Origin: Podarcis cretensis
Taxonomy: Eukaryota
NCBI GenBank assembly: GCA_951804945.1
Contig: OX638149.1
Coordinates: 86,552,001-86,616,000 of the forward strand
Reading direction: 5' to 3'
Length of the DNA stretch: 64,000 nt
How positions within the stretch are numbered: the stretch's first letter is position 1; each line of letters starts with the position of its first letter. The position numbers and the translations under genes were made by a program. Below, piece after piece: positions 13,301 through 28,100 of this stretch. A model generated the notes under the pieces. That model had not been told where the DNA came from and did no database searches. It saw only the letters and a list, made by a program, of their open reading frames with translations.

Positions 13301-16300
13301 TATTCATCTGATTTAGTTACTGTTGTGCACCATATATGCATGCATTATTAATAAATCATTTTTGTTTTGTTTTTAGGAATGGTTTCAACTCTAGTCGTGG
13401 AGTTGAAACAGAGTTCAGTCATGCAGCGCTTGCTTACAGGTTGGATGCCAACAGCTATCAGGCTAGTATTTTGATGGCAAACAGCTCTTGAAGTCTCTAC
13501 AGTTGCCAGTGGCATAGTTGGAACAGGCTTGAATGAGCACTCTGCCTGTTATTCATTGGAGGTTATTTCTTTTCAGCAACCAAATGAGCTAACTAAAATC
13601 TATTGTACTTAGATTTTCAGCCATGTCTAGAAGTGTAATTAATTCTTGGAAGTGTAATGTGCTTTTTCTTAGGTGGCTCTCTTTTCTAAACAAGCATCTT
13701 AAGTTAATCTTGAAATTGTTCCAGTCGTCTCAGATCTGGACAAAGCAAAAGGAATGAACATGTTTTGAGGGAATAAGAACCTGCAGAAGACAGTCAGCTT
13801 TTTCTTTTCCGTATGAAGGCCAGGGATGCTGTTGGATTCAGTACTTCAGCTACAATTGCATGTAGCAGAGGTGTTCCAAATCTGCCCATAGTCCAGTGGT
13901 TAGAAAGTGTGTACGTTTGACTGTTTTTCACGGTTCCCTACATTTTAGTAAGAAGGTTGCATCCTTTTTATTTCCAGACATGATGGCTATTGTTCAGAGA
14001 GCCTGGGTGGCTAGTGTTAGGTTTGGAAGTAAGAAATTCTCTACTTAGCCAGGTGACTCAGCAGGTGGTCATCATTATCTCTTTGCCTAACCTATCATAG
14101 AGAAGAGTTGTGAAGAGATAATTCTGATACACTGAGGAAGTGTGGAACGGAAATCTGACAAATTCATGCCCTCAAACTTTGGAGGCTAAATGGCTGCATT
14201 GTGATTGATGGTTGCTTGGAATATTTAGAAGAGCAAATGTTGTAACTTTTATCTTGAAAGGGGTATGGTTTTATATGAAAAGGTAGTGCTTCACTATAAA
14301 CCAGGAATGGGGAACCTAATCTGACTGGTGGGCCAGATTCTTATCTCCCCTATACCTCATGGCACATGTTTGACAAGGTGGGTGGTGGTATCCACCTCTC
14401 AATATGATGTCACCATGACATCAGGTGAAGATTTGGCACTTCTAACTTTTAAATTCTTGTAAATTGTCCTTTTTTGTTTGTTTATTATATATAAAATTTA
14501 GTTTAAATCTTTTCCAGAGGAGACCAAGGTCCTTCAGAACTTCCTGTTAGCTTGTCTGTCCACTGTCGTGAGCATGATGCCCTCCTCTTTGCACTCTACC
14601 AGGATCATAAACTTCGAATGTGGTCTTACAAAGTGAGTGTGAAATGCTAATTTCTGATAGAATACTGTTGTCATTGCTGATGGTTGATTATTCATATGAC
14701 TAATGATACTTTCCAAATGTTGGTTTTTGGCAACATGTCCCTTTGAATATGCAAGCTATATTAATTACCTTTTCTGTGGTCTGCTGTGAACATGCACAAC
14801 CTTCAGATCTGTATCCTTTACTGTAAAGGAACACATGGTAAAGTATCTGTCTAGTATATCAAGCTGCTGTTTTGGCAGGTGTGTTTAAAGCATTTGTCCC
14901 ATTTGCAGATTGTGTTACTTATCTGGCTTCTTATCTTGGCAGGATCAAATGTGCCTGATGGTGGCTGATATGTTGGAATTTGTGCCTGTAAGTAAGGACC
15001 TAAGACTTGCTGCTGGGACTGGACACAGATTACAGCTGTCTTATTCTGAGACCCTGGGGCTTTACATTGGTGTATACTTGCATGCACCCAAACAAGGACA
15101 GGTACTTGAATTGTCTTATATTCGTAGAATTTTAATTTGCTGTTAAGTTGAGAGTCAGGGAACTACTAGTATGACCCATCAGTTTCAGAGTTTATGTGGA
15201 TAAGAAAAGTTTTCTTCAATAATTTTAAACATGTTTTGTCCAGTCCTGGAAGTTTACAAAATGGCATAGCTTTTGATCCTGGATTAAAAGATCTTGCTGA
15301 CAATTTCAAATGTATTTTGCTTTAAAAACTGGGAAATAATAGCTCCTTGATACTTGATAAGATGTATTTTGATGAAGTGCTTTCAGAAGGACTTATCAAA
15401 TGTATTATTCCAGGGAAGAACAATTTCTCATTTCCTTCTGTGGCAGATAAATTCATTGGTGTAGTTTTTTTTGGGGGAAACGTGGAGACTATTTTCTGGA
15501 GATGCAGCATACAGGATTGGTGCATTTCCTGTCTTGAGTCCCAAACCCAATTTTCTGTATCACTTTTTTTAGATCTCCAAGCTTTGCAAACAAGAAAGTA
15601 AGGTGAAGAAGGCTAGAGAAAAAAGGAAATGGAAAGCACTGTGTAGGTGTCTGCAGAGGACAAAATTACACTTTACATAAAGGAGTACTATGTCTCCTAT
15701 GCCTTGGGCATGGAGGCATTCCATTTCAAATGCACCTGTGGTATCTCCATAGGGAACCTATTGCTCCTCCTCAGAAAGAGAAAGCCTGAAAAGTGAATTA
15801 ATTGCTAAGGATGTCCTCTTCTCTACAAGTGCTAAAACAACCAACTTAAATAGCATCTGTTCAACTTGATTTTCACAGTCTAGTGCCATTACTACATCCT
15901 GAATTGTTACTGGGTATTATAATTAGAGAACTGTAATATAAGGATTGTCTAAATAGTTTACAGTTTTATTTTCACTAATGACGGAATCATTTTTTTTGCA
16001 GTTCTGTGTCTTCCAGTTGGTCAGCACAGAGAGTCAGCGCTATAGTCTTGATCACATATCATCACTGTTTACTTCTCAGGTGGGAATGAATAAGATTTAC
16101 ATTAAAATGAATGTGTCTGTCAAGAAACATCCACTCTGCACTGATAGGGGTCAGTAGAGTACTGTCTTCCATTCCATCTTCCATTCTATATGAGATCAAG
16201 CAACATGATGCGATGTTGGAGAGAAAAGGATGTGTGTACCTGCCTCCTGTATATCAGTTACTTCTGATCCATGGGATCTTCTGTGTGTAACCCCAGTATT

Positions 16301-17840
16301 TGTCTGCTAGTAATAAATTTAAAAAATATTAGTTTTTATAGATTCAACAAAATACAAGTTCTCTCCCTTGTACTGTTGTTATTTAGTTTCATTCTCTTGA
16401 GTATATTTAGGTTTGAAAATCATATTCATTGTTCTAATCCACTTGTTGTGTATGTTTTTAACTTAGGAGACCCTTGTTGACTTTTCCTTAACTACTGCTG
16501 AGATCTGGGCACTCTGGCATGATGATGAAAATAGAACCACTGTGAAATACATCAATTTTGAGCAGTAAGTTTTGTCCACCCCTGGTGTAACCATGAGCAG
16601 TAAATTGGGTGAGGAAAAAGTTACTTTAAGCCCTGAATCCAAATTAAAAAGGAGATTCTCTCAACATTAAGAGATAGCAGAAAGATACTTCAAAGAAATT
16701 AACTATAACCTATGCTGGCACTTCTAACAAGGATTTGATACCTATTGATGAAGCATGGAGTTACCATATAGTTCTGCGTAAGGCGTTTCTGGATGGCTAA
16801 GGAGGTTGACAAAAGATCAGGGGAGCCATGTTTATAATACTTAGGGTGGGCTGTGAGCAGCATGCAGGCTTGCTCAAGCAGTTAGTTTCATGCTTCACAC
16901 CTGTTTAAGCTAAGAGGTGGCGACACAAGGTGAAAATTGGAAAGGAGATTTCTCTGTCTCCTGGTAGACTTGGCATGTCATAGGAGTTCTTAGACTATTT
17001 GTTGAAACAGCCAGCAATTATATGTATCAGCCATCTTGGAGAAATGGACAGAAGCTACCTTGTCTGGGGATGTTGTGGTTTTGAAGGGTCATACACTGGA
17101 CTGGCAGGGCCAGCATCACAGAAACAGGAAGACTTCCCTCCATTTTGTAGGTGGGAGGAAAATGACTGGTTTTGGAAAGCTGCAGAGCTGCTGAAATATA
17201 GTTCCTTAGATATTCCACTTGGCATTGAGGGGAGGGGACGATGATAGTCTCTATGTGTGCATAAACACATATCCATGTAGGGGAAACCTGCATCAACAAA
17301 CTTTCATTCATCTGTTTTTAGTTTATAATTGTAGGTTTGTGGTGTCATGGGTCAAAAATATGGAAGATGTTGGTTATGTTTAATTGTTCATAGGTATATA
17401 TATTTATTTATTCTACTTGGAAGTAATCTTTTTTGAACTATAAATGTAAAGTTGGCTAAAATGGTCCATACTTGTTTTAGCAATGTTGCAGGTCAGTGGA
17501 ACCAAGTCTCTGTGCAGCCCCTGCCACCTGAAGAAGTGGATATTAGAGATGACCAGGACCCAAGGGTGAGTTCTTCAAATTAATTAATTATGAATTTGAA
17601 TGGCAAAACACAGATGAGTAGCACTTGTATGAATCCCTAAAAGTATGAACATTGCATATATATGGAAAAAACAAATCTGTGTGCTCAGTTGCTAAGAAGG
17701 AAGACCAGTGAAATGATGGATCTTTGAAAGAAGGAATTATTTTTTTTTAAAAAATGTTAGATTAGTAGTGTCAAACATGCATTTTGTTTGGTCTGAAGTG
17801 CAAGACTTTTGGCTTTGACTAATTGATGTGTAAATTTTGT

Positions 17841-17896
<56 letters not shown>

Positions 17897-20800
17897 TGTG
17901 TGTTTGATATTACTCTTGGTCTTCTTGTGTCCCAAAGTGTCTGAAAGCAAGATTCCTTTGGCCACCGGAAGCATGCCTTGTTTTGTTAAGTTCATTTTTT
18001 TTTTGTTCAAAACTTTGTGTTTCAGAAATGAACAGTTCATCAATTTCTACACTTCGTTTTACTCTTAGTTTCAAGGTTGATTTATTTTTTTCAAGGTTTA
18101 GGCAGCATGTGTGGACCTCTAATGTATTAACAATTTCACACAGTTAATATATAGTGCACATTGGAAATTGTCATTTAAACTGAAGTTGTGCAGTTGCCAG
18201 AACATAGTCATGGGACAATATTTGGACGTAGCTGTTAGTGGAAGGGAATAAAATGAATCACATGATCTGCTTGGGAAATAATTAATCATGGTGACTCTTA
18301 CAGGAAACATTTACAGAGGCCATCTTCATGCCTGGACAGTTCACAAATGCGGCTTTGCTTAAAGCTTTACAGGTGAGGAAGAACATCACCATTTGTTGGG
18401 GAGTTTCTGGAAAACCATTACAACTTAAACTAACAAGTCAATTGCACAAAATGGCAAGATTGGCATTTGAGGCAGAAGGGCAGAGCACTCCTCTGCTCTG
18501 CTCTGCCGGTTCACAGCTACAGTGGTCTACTGTCAGCAGTCATCTACTTAGAACATTCTTTTTGACACTGCTTGGCATGCTGTTAGAATTATGTGCTTTT
18601 AGGTTTAATGGTGAGAAACATCTTTTAATTTTCCCTTAGATATTTTCTCAAAGAGCTGAGCACCTCACAGACCTGTCCTGGGATGAGCTGAAAAAAGAAA
18701 TTACTATAGCTCTGGAAAATGAGGTAAGAGTTCTGTTTAGTCTTTGCCCCTCTTGTTGCTTCAACAAGATTACCTTCATTCTTGGATTCTTATTTCATTG
18801 GTTCTTTGTAATAATTGTGCTTATATTTATGTGTTCGTTTTAAGATAGGTCAAAAAATGCTCTACTGTTGTAATGCTAGTTTTTAGGGTGGTATCCAATC
18901 CAATGAAGTACTTCTGCTAGGGTTAGGTTTTCCATGTGTGTCTCCCTAGAACAAATTATGGGGGCACATGGGGAGAGGAAAGGGAGGAAATTACCTTTAG
19001 CAGCCAACATCCATTTAGCAGAGCTGGATAGCTAATCTTCGGTCTGTGTTTTTGTTCTTGTTTTCCAGTTCCAAGGAAATGTGACTGAGTATGAATTCTC
19101 ACAAGAAGTATTTAGACAGCTGCAAATAGAATTTTGGTCAAAATTCTATGCTTACTGTGTTCAGTACCAAGAAGAACTCTCACGCCCACTTGCACTTCTC
19201 TTGAATCAATGCACTAGCATGGTGTGCCTGCTTAAAAAGGTGAGAATCAGGTTAGAAAGAGGCAAATTTCAGATATTTCTTTCATAGAGCAAAATGGGCC
19301 TGTCCAACTCTGGCGGGCAATGACCCTAATTATTATGGTCTTAAGTTTCAAGAGCTCTCAGTAGTGTGTAATTATAATTTTATGTAATAAATGTCGCAGA
19401 TATAAATTTATGTTTTACTTGTTTTACATGGGACTTTTTCCTGAGCAAATGTTGCTTAGAAATTCAGATGGTCCGTAGTTTCAATAAGGATCTGAAAATC
19501 ACAGAAGCTGCTAAAAGATGGCTAGTTTGAGCTTTTCCTAAATTACAGTACACTATTTTGCCATTGTATCTTTGAATATTTATGATGCTGAGAATGTGGA
19601 CTACTCTGACTATGGGCATTTTCCCCCTTCAGATTGTTGCTTTGAGCTTTCCATTGTAAGTAAATCATCTTTTTGTGGTGTTTGAAAACTAAATGATGAG
19701 TGTATCTTCTGCCCACACAGGGATACCTGTCTTTTCTTGTGCCCTGCTCCCTAATGGATCACCTTTACCTTTCACTTGATGAACAACTGGTGAATGAAGT
19801 TGAGAGCACTGGCTTAGATGGTAAGAGAGAGTGAGTGCACGAACCCACTATAAGATGTTGTAGGCAGAGTAGAATTTAGAACATAGTCTTTACATTTTTT
19901 AAAAAAGTGTTTTATTTTTCTGATAAATAGCCAGGGTCCAGAAAGCCACTCACATCAGGCTTGCACTACTGCAGTGGAACTTCCAAGTTCTCAAAACAAA
20001 ACTTTACTTACATGGAAAATAAACTGCTTTGGTAACCCTCCTCTGTTTTAAAAGCAATTTACCATGTTAGCATGTGGAGCTTTTGCTCAAGAAGTGTAAG
20101 CATAAAGGGTCTCTGGGCTCATAGATCTAATTTCTCACCTCTTTGGATTCCTGCCCATGTTGGTTATTTTCAGTTAGTTATATCCTAGCAGGTAACAATA
20201 ACCTTGGTGCGTCTCTCTCCAAGAACTTTTAAGGAATCAGTTCATGATCACTTTCCTAGAAGCACTTGCCTCATGTCAGCAGGCAAATGGATAAATTGAA
20301 AGGCTGGACTGAGAGTTTTAAATCTATTGATGTTTCAAAATCATGCACTGTGGGAGAGCAACATAACTAGGGAAGTTCATTCTTGGTGCTTCTTAGGTGT
20401 CCTGTTGACTTTAGTAAGCACTAATGAAGTGATTTTTTTGTGTGTGTTTTGCCCCTGGATAGAATGTGCAAGCAATTATAAAGTATATTCTTAACTGGGT
20501 TTCTCCCTGCTTTTCCAGCATAGTTGGNNNNNNNNNNNNNNNNNNNNNNNNNNNNNNNNNNNNNNNNNNNNNNNNNNNNNNNNNNNNNNNNNNNNNNNNN
20601 NNNNNNNNNNNNNNNNNNNNNNNNNNNNNNNNNNNNNNNNNNNNNNNNNNNNNNNNNNNNNNNNNACCTTTTTATTGTAGAATCTGAATTTTCTCATGAT
20701 CTTGTGAGTCTCGTTCAGTGCCTTCGGTTAATTGGTGAATCAATTTCTGTGGAGATGGCACTAACAATGGAAATGGCTTGCTGCCGTTCCCAGCCGCCAG

Positions 20801-23800
20801 AGAGAGCTGCAGGACAGATCCTTCATGACTTGATTGCTAATGACACGTAAGCATGCGCTATGAGCAAAGTAGGCCATTTATAAAAAATGATTTTCTCACT
20901 CCCTCTATAGCATTTAGCTGACTGGATAAGAGAGAGAGAGAGAGGGAGAGAGTTTTATTTTCTAGCCACAAAGTTCTAGTAGCCGTAGTTCTCAGAAAAT
21001 TGGGCTCACTATTCCTTCCCCTCAGAGGGCAGAGGCAGCACAGTTGATAACCCTCCCTGTGAAGCAATGTCCTTCCAGATTATAGGCCCTGCCTTCTTCA
21101 AGAGAGTAGTCTTACGCACCAACCCCCTAAGTTATTTTTCTGTCAGAGCTGAGAGATTCAGCCTTCAATTTCTTTTTTGGTTAAAAATGTCCTCAAACAC
21201 ACTATATCTCCAGCTGAGGCCCCAGACAGTTTGAACCAAGGTCACACTACAAGCAAAATCCCTAGGGTCCCTGTGCTAAAAAGCAGCCATATAAATTCAA
21301 AAGTTGTACAGTGTTTTTGTTACTTCATTTTTCTATGAAGAGTTTTTATATACTGCCTATTACAATCTGTCTCAAGGTAGTGTACAAATTACACTCAGCT
21401 GATTGCAATAGTTTGTTCCAGATTACTTGTATCTTACAATTTCATGTTCCTCAACCCGAGGGTGTCATAGCCCATGAGACAGTGTGTGGGAAAATTAGTT
21501 GTAGGGTGTCACATATAATTCTTAATAGGGTGGATAGTGTATCTTCTGTATCATGTTTACTCCCTCATAACTGAATAAATTTTCAGTATATTTTTATGAA
21601 GCCTAACACATTTTGCTGGTTTCCTTGAAGAGAGAATCTAATAGAGGATATTCACAGTAAATTGCAAGAGATCAAAAACCCAATTGATGCTATTGGGGTG
21701 CTTATCCGGGAAATGGACTATGAGACAGATGTGGAAATGGAAAGAGGGCTCAATATTGGTGAGAGAACAGTAGCTCTACTCTCCCTCCCCCTAACATTTT
21801 GATTAAGTGAAAGCTGCTTATGTCGGTAGATGCATATATTTTTGCCTTTTCTCACCTTTCTGTCTACAGTTCAACCCCTAAATGTGCGCATGCATCTCTC
21901 ACAGCTCTATGGTAGTAGCACAACAGTAAACATGGTGTGTCGGTGTGTGTACAAGATGTCTATGACTCGCTTTTTGCTTTGTCGGGACTTGTTGATTTTA
22001 CAGCAGCTCTTGCTACGGCTTGGAGATACTGTGAGTATATTGGAACAAAGTTGACTGTATGACCTCAAGGAGTACAATCCTTACATCATTAACTGAACAG
22101 CATACATTGAATAATAATGGAATGGTTATTATTATTCAGTGGTGTTGAATAATAATGGAATGGTTACAATGGTTGCTGAATGGACATTACCGCTTAGCTG
22201 TCAGGGTGTACTGTGTTGCTGGAGCTACTTTCTTGGCAGCCAGGAAAGAACTTGGGGGCCAAAACATATCTTGTCACAGAGCAGCACATCTGAATCCAAG
22301 CCATTATCCTTATTAACAAGAAGGAGCTTAAGTTGATTCAGATCAGATAGTAATGTCATGTTTCCAACATCAGCTGCTTACTTCAGTTAGATAGGCTCTG
22401 GGTTGATTTTCCTTCAGTCCCATTCAACCCACTTAAAATAGCACTTCTGTCTTTGGCTATCTTGCTTTCAATATTCGTTGGCTTCATTCTTCTCCTTTCT
22501 AGCAACTGCTTAGGGACAGCCCTGAAGATATTGCTATAGAAAAGTCAAAATGGGGTATAAATATCTATATGGAGAAGGGGAGGATAATACCACAAGGATT
22601 TTTGCATCTTTTCTGAATAATGTGAAAATACTTGGCCATTGACAGCTATTGAACAACAACTAATACTTACGTTGTGTTTTCAGGTATTGGGCGGAGGCCA
22701 GCTATACCACACTCAACAGAACTTGCTGCATCACACATCTCATTTGATATTATCATATTACCTGATCAGGTGGGCAAGTCAACGCTTGGCATCAGATGTT
22801 CCAGTTGATGAACTGTAAGTTCTTTACCTATAGTTTGTAATTAATATGATGGATGAAGTAGGCGTGGCCATTCTCTTTTCCTTTAGCGAAAAATAGGCAT
22901 TTTGTTTGATAATAGCAAGCAGCTAATTTAGGCAGGTTCTGCTCAGGACTTTTCTGTCTGATAAGCATTTTTTCTTGGTTTCTTCAGGGAATGTAACCTA
23001 CAGCATCTTTCTGTATTAAAACTGACAGATTCTACAACTATAACACCACTCAAGCTAGGTAAGAAATTAAAAGCTTTTTGTCTCTTTTTGGTTGTAAGTA
23101 TGTTCAGTTACTGTTTTTTAAAAGTGACAATACAAGGCTTTGCTAAAAGATTAATCATGTTTATAGACATCAGTTCTCCAGTGCTCAGATTAAAATACTT
23201 TAAAGCAAGATAATGCTGAAATCGTTGCTCAGAGAACCAAAACTACTATAGCTCAGGGGCTGTTTTTAACATTAACCCAGCCACCTTTACCTGCAGTCAT
23301 TAGGCTAGATTTTTATTTTAAAATTGTTGGGATTTTCCAAATTTTAAGTATCCTACGTGCCATATTTCCTATGCCTAGATTTTTCAAACTTGAAAGTTAT
23401 ATAGATAGCTAGAAAATCTGGTCTTTACCTGTCAAAACAGTTGGTGTTGTGTCTAAAAATGCAAAGTACATCTTAAGTAAGCAAAATCTAAAAATTGGCA
23501 TTTAAGTTTACAGCCTTTCTTCCCTGCATCCCACCTAGATTTATTAGAAGTGGAATATAGAAGTTAGTATTAGGGAAACCATTAAATTGAAGAGTCATGT
23601 ACGAAACATGTTTATGGCATTTTCTCATTGTTTAGAGATACTGATGCAGACAACATCTTTTAATCTGTTTTAGTGTCCAGCCCTCAAACTATCGTGGAGC
23701 TGTTCTTTCAGGAGGTAGCCCGAAAACACATAATATCTCAACTGTTCCCACCTAACGCAGCCTTGGATGAATCAAGTTTGAGTTGGCCTCAAATGTTTTC

Positions 23801-25134
23801 TGCAATTTCGAGTTATCTCCTGCAGTTCTTGTATCCTTCAGTTGCAGCTTCTGCTTGAAACGGTGGACAGGAACTATGCTTTCTTCTGTTCCTCTAGCGC
23901 AGGGATTCTTAAACTTTCTACCCCAGGATAAAAATTAACTGGGGCCCTCCAAACACAATGTGCAGGGGCAGAATCAGCAGACAGAGGCACAGTTTGGCAT
24001 AACCAGCTGACAATTACTGACATTTTATACTAATCTTCTCTTTTGCAAATTTCTGAAATTCTTTGCTTCAGTGATTCCTCTATAGCAGGGAGTTACAGTT
24101 CAGTTTTATTCAAGTAAAATACAGACATTGGGTGAAATTCATCATTGTGCTCATTCAGTTCTTCCTGTGCAAGCATTCCAGCTTGCCAAATATATCCTCC
24201 CTCCCTTCATGCTCTTCTGAGGTATGAGACTGTGTGTGAGAGAAGTGGAGGGACCAGAAGGCACAGGAGAAGCCCCAAGCACTTCTTCCTCTGTCTGTCC
24301 TTTTGCCTCCCGTCTTCCTGTTCTTCCTCTTCCTTCCCTCACACTAAGCCTGCTGCATTGCCCATCTCTTCTCTATTTCCTCTTCTTCCTTTCTGTTCCT
24401 GCCCTCCGACTTTGCATGCTACAGCCTCGCTCTCCAACCAGCTCCTGCTCCCATGCATCCCTATGATTGTACATGTGAGGAGCTGCTGTATTGATTCATT
24501 CAAAAGACTACAGCACAGTCAAGGGACAACCAAAATGATCAAGGGGGTGGAGTGACTCCCCTAGGAAGAAAGATTGCGGTGTTTGGGACTTTTTAGTTAG
24601 AAGAGAAAAGGCGAGGAAGACGTGATATGATAGAAGTTCATAAAATTAAGCCATGGTCTTGTCATCCATTCAAGAACCTATATTCCTTATGCAGTCTTCA
24701 GATGGCCAAGCAATCCTAACTTCCTCTTTCCAGAATGTTTGATGGGGGCTTGTCAGTATGCTCAATTGCAGGTGAGATCTTTATTTGTGAAATCCTTTAC
24801 ATTAATATTTAAAGGATAGAAGGAAAATACTTAAGTAGAAAGCTAGCCCTGGTTTTGTATGCAGGGATGTAAAGGGGCAGCTGATGGATCATTGGTACAT
24901 ATGGTGGGATCAAGAGATTAACTGAGAATATGAGCAGCAACTGGGGTTCATCTTGGGCATGTCTTATAAGGAGAGTGGGAAGCGGTTTTGGAAAATTGTA
25001 TTAAATTGAACTAATTTGGCAAGATTTATAATAATTTTGAAAATCTATAAAAAGAATTGGCAAAAAGAAAGCTAGCACTGGTTCAAAGCAGTGGATTAGT
25101 TGTGGGGAAGGATGCTATGTGCATGCTGCCCTAA

Positions 25135-25170
<36 letters not shown>

Positions 25171-28100
25171 TAATAATCACTCAAAGGTAGCCCAGATAAA
25201 TCAGGCAAATGGATCAAAACTGGATATTACGGAAGGGATTCTCAATCCAGTAGAGGCTCCCACTGGCTGAATTGGGGAGGCCATTTTTACCGACCCCCCT
25301 CACCTACAGTTACAGCACAAACTCCCATGTTTTTCCATAGGGTCCCCCAAAGGTATGGAGCAGAGGTGTTTGGGGGGGCAGGGGTGTTTGAAAATGCCTC
25401 TCTTCTCTCCTCACTATAGCACTAGGAGTATTCTGTGAACAGAGTTAATCTCACAGGAACAGAGGCTCCAAGCCTAAATGTGTAGATCGGAATCCAGCCT
25501 AGCTGCTTGCCTGTTCATGTTTTTTAATTGGTGTGGGTTAAACAATGTCTGAGTACAGTGGGAAGTAAGACATAACATTGATTTGTCTGATTAGTGGATG
25601 TTTGTATATTAGGAATATATTCGTTTTCTGGGACCTTGGTGCCATGTGAATATGGGGTCATGCTGTTTTATGATGGGACGCTGCTACCTTGTTATGGGAG
25701 AAGGGCACAAGGTAAATTCTTATTTCTCTAAAAATGTTTATTGTTTGAGTTGAGAAACAAAAGGAGAGAAGTTGGTTAGACAGTAGTCATAGCTAGGAGT
25801 GAGAGATTCTCAGCTACTTTTGAGGATCTTGATGTCTGCAGAATGCTGTAGATTTGACAGCTTTGTTCTAAACAGGAGCAAAATATAAAATAAGTGTCAA
25901 TTGTGTTACCAATCTAGGCTTTATTCAGATGAATCTGTCTACTGCTTTCCTAGAGTCAGATGTTTCACTGTTCATATCCGGCCTTCAGTGGCAGCTTCGG
26001 GTGGGGTGTGGGTGTGTGCATGGACTGTTCCTAGTAATAGTTTTTAGTGGTATCCATGTTGAGTTATAATGTGTAGTGATTTGATAACCATAGCATGCAC
26101 CTGCGTGCCATTTTGTGACTGATGCTATTGACAGTTCCTCAGAATTCCAGATGTAACCACTGCCCTAAAAAGTTTGGCAACCTCTGACATACAGTATGGA
26201 ATTGATAACTGTAGCAAAACAATATGGAAGTGATCCCAGTTTATTCTGTGCTTCGGACTAACTTTGTCTCAAGCCTTGGTTTAAGTTCTTTTTTTCTTTC
26301 AGGCTCTGGACTGTTTCTGTGAAGCAGCCTCAGAAGTTGGAAAAGAGGAGTTTTTGGATAGACTAATTAGATCGGAGGATGTTGAAATGGCTTCAACCCC
26401 ACGGCTACAGTACTATGACAAGGTATTTTTGTTTCCAAGCTTTTTAACCTTTCTTGTAGAAGGGGTGGCATAACATGTACTTAACATTTTCACAAATAGT
26501 TCAGGTAAAACATTCTTGGCTGTATATTCCCCTCCCTAGGTTCTGCGTCTTCTGGATACCATGGGTCTACCTGAACTGATCATTCAGTTGGCTACCTTAG
26601 CAATCACAGAAGCAGCTGATGATTGGAGAAGCCAAGTAAGGAATTAAGTTTTGCTGTTATGGGATGTGTGTCCTTCTCATTCAGCATATGTTTGTGCCGC
26701 CACACTAATTTTCCAGCTGTTTATAGATGACTCAACATATTTGTATTGCAGGCTACCCTGAGGACATGCATTTTCAAACACCACTTGGATTTAGGACATA
26801 ACAGTCAAGCATATGAAGCCATGACCCATAACCCAGATTCTAGCAGGTAATACTTCATATATTTTAGGCATTGATATACCCTATTTTTATGAATCAAGTG
26901 CCAACCACAGGTGGTTGGGGTTGTTTGGTTGTTTGGTTGTTTTTGTTTTTGTTTTGGCTCTTTAAAAAACCCTGAAAATATTGCCTAGGTTCTAAAGAGC
27001 CTAGACATTTAAGACATTTATATACTGTTTAAATGTGTACACTGCTTTAAAATGTGAAAAACCAGTCCACAGAATTCACAGTCCATGATAGCAAAGAGTT
27101 ACCTCTTTCTTTCTCCCTTCTAGGCAGCTGGATTGTTTACGGCAGTTGGTGGTAGTTCTCTGTGAACGCTCCCAGCTCCAGGATCTTGTGGAGTTCCCCT
27201 ATGTGAATCTCCACAATGAGGTAAATGGTCTGCTTTTGTTAGCAGTAAGGTAGTGGTATAAGGAAATCTTCAGCTATGTCTAACTGTTGTTTGTATTATA
27301 GGTTGTGGGAATAATTGAATACCGTGCTCGGGCAGTAGATCTGATGACACATAATTACTATGAGCTGCTATATGCTTTCCATGTTTATCGCCATAATTAC
27401 CGGAAAGGTATGACAGATTATATAAAAGAGAAAATTGCCCCACCTGTTAAAATGTCAATTCTTGTGGCATTGAATCAGATGATGATTTGTTTCCCATTAA
27501 TGAGCAGTCTGTGCATGTGGTGAAAGAGTGCAGCCATGATAGCTAATCTGTGCTAGAGCAGGGGTTGGCAACCTAAGGCCCATGGGCCACAAGCGGCCCA
27601 CGGGGGTTGTTTAACTGGCCCACAAGCTGCCCCCGAACCGAGCCGCCTGCTCGGCAAGACCCTGTGCACTGCACTAAACCAGCGTGGCGCGGGGACTCAC
27701 TTCTGCGACGCTGGAAATTGTGTCTGCGCGTGCGCAGATACCAGAAATTGTGGGCACGCACACACAATCCGGCCCACAGTGAGATCTCCACTGGAGTGAA
27801 TTGGCCCAGGCGAGGTAAACCTTGCAAACCCCTGTGCTAGAGGATTAGAAAAGCCACCATGTTTCTGTGATAAACACTAATGAGAGGGCCATGAAGGGGG
27901 GAGTATTTGCAGGGGAGAATGGTATGTGAGAGGATGCTCAACACTTTTGCTGCCCACTAATTCTCTACTGCATATATGCTCCAGGTGTATGATTGGAACT
28001 ATATATTTACTGAATATGTTCTTAGTTGAATGGAAAAAGTATATAATAGAAAAGTGTCGGGTGTTTTTGAAAGCTGAACACCATGGTGTAGGCTATATAC

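Noticed and set aside
22678-22690. TTTCAG|GTATTG, an acceptor immediately followed by a donor-like motif (recursive splice site?)
   Set aside because: The flanking introns are short and the GT is simply the Val codon starting exon 18; there is no other support.
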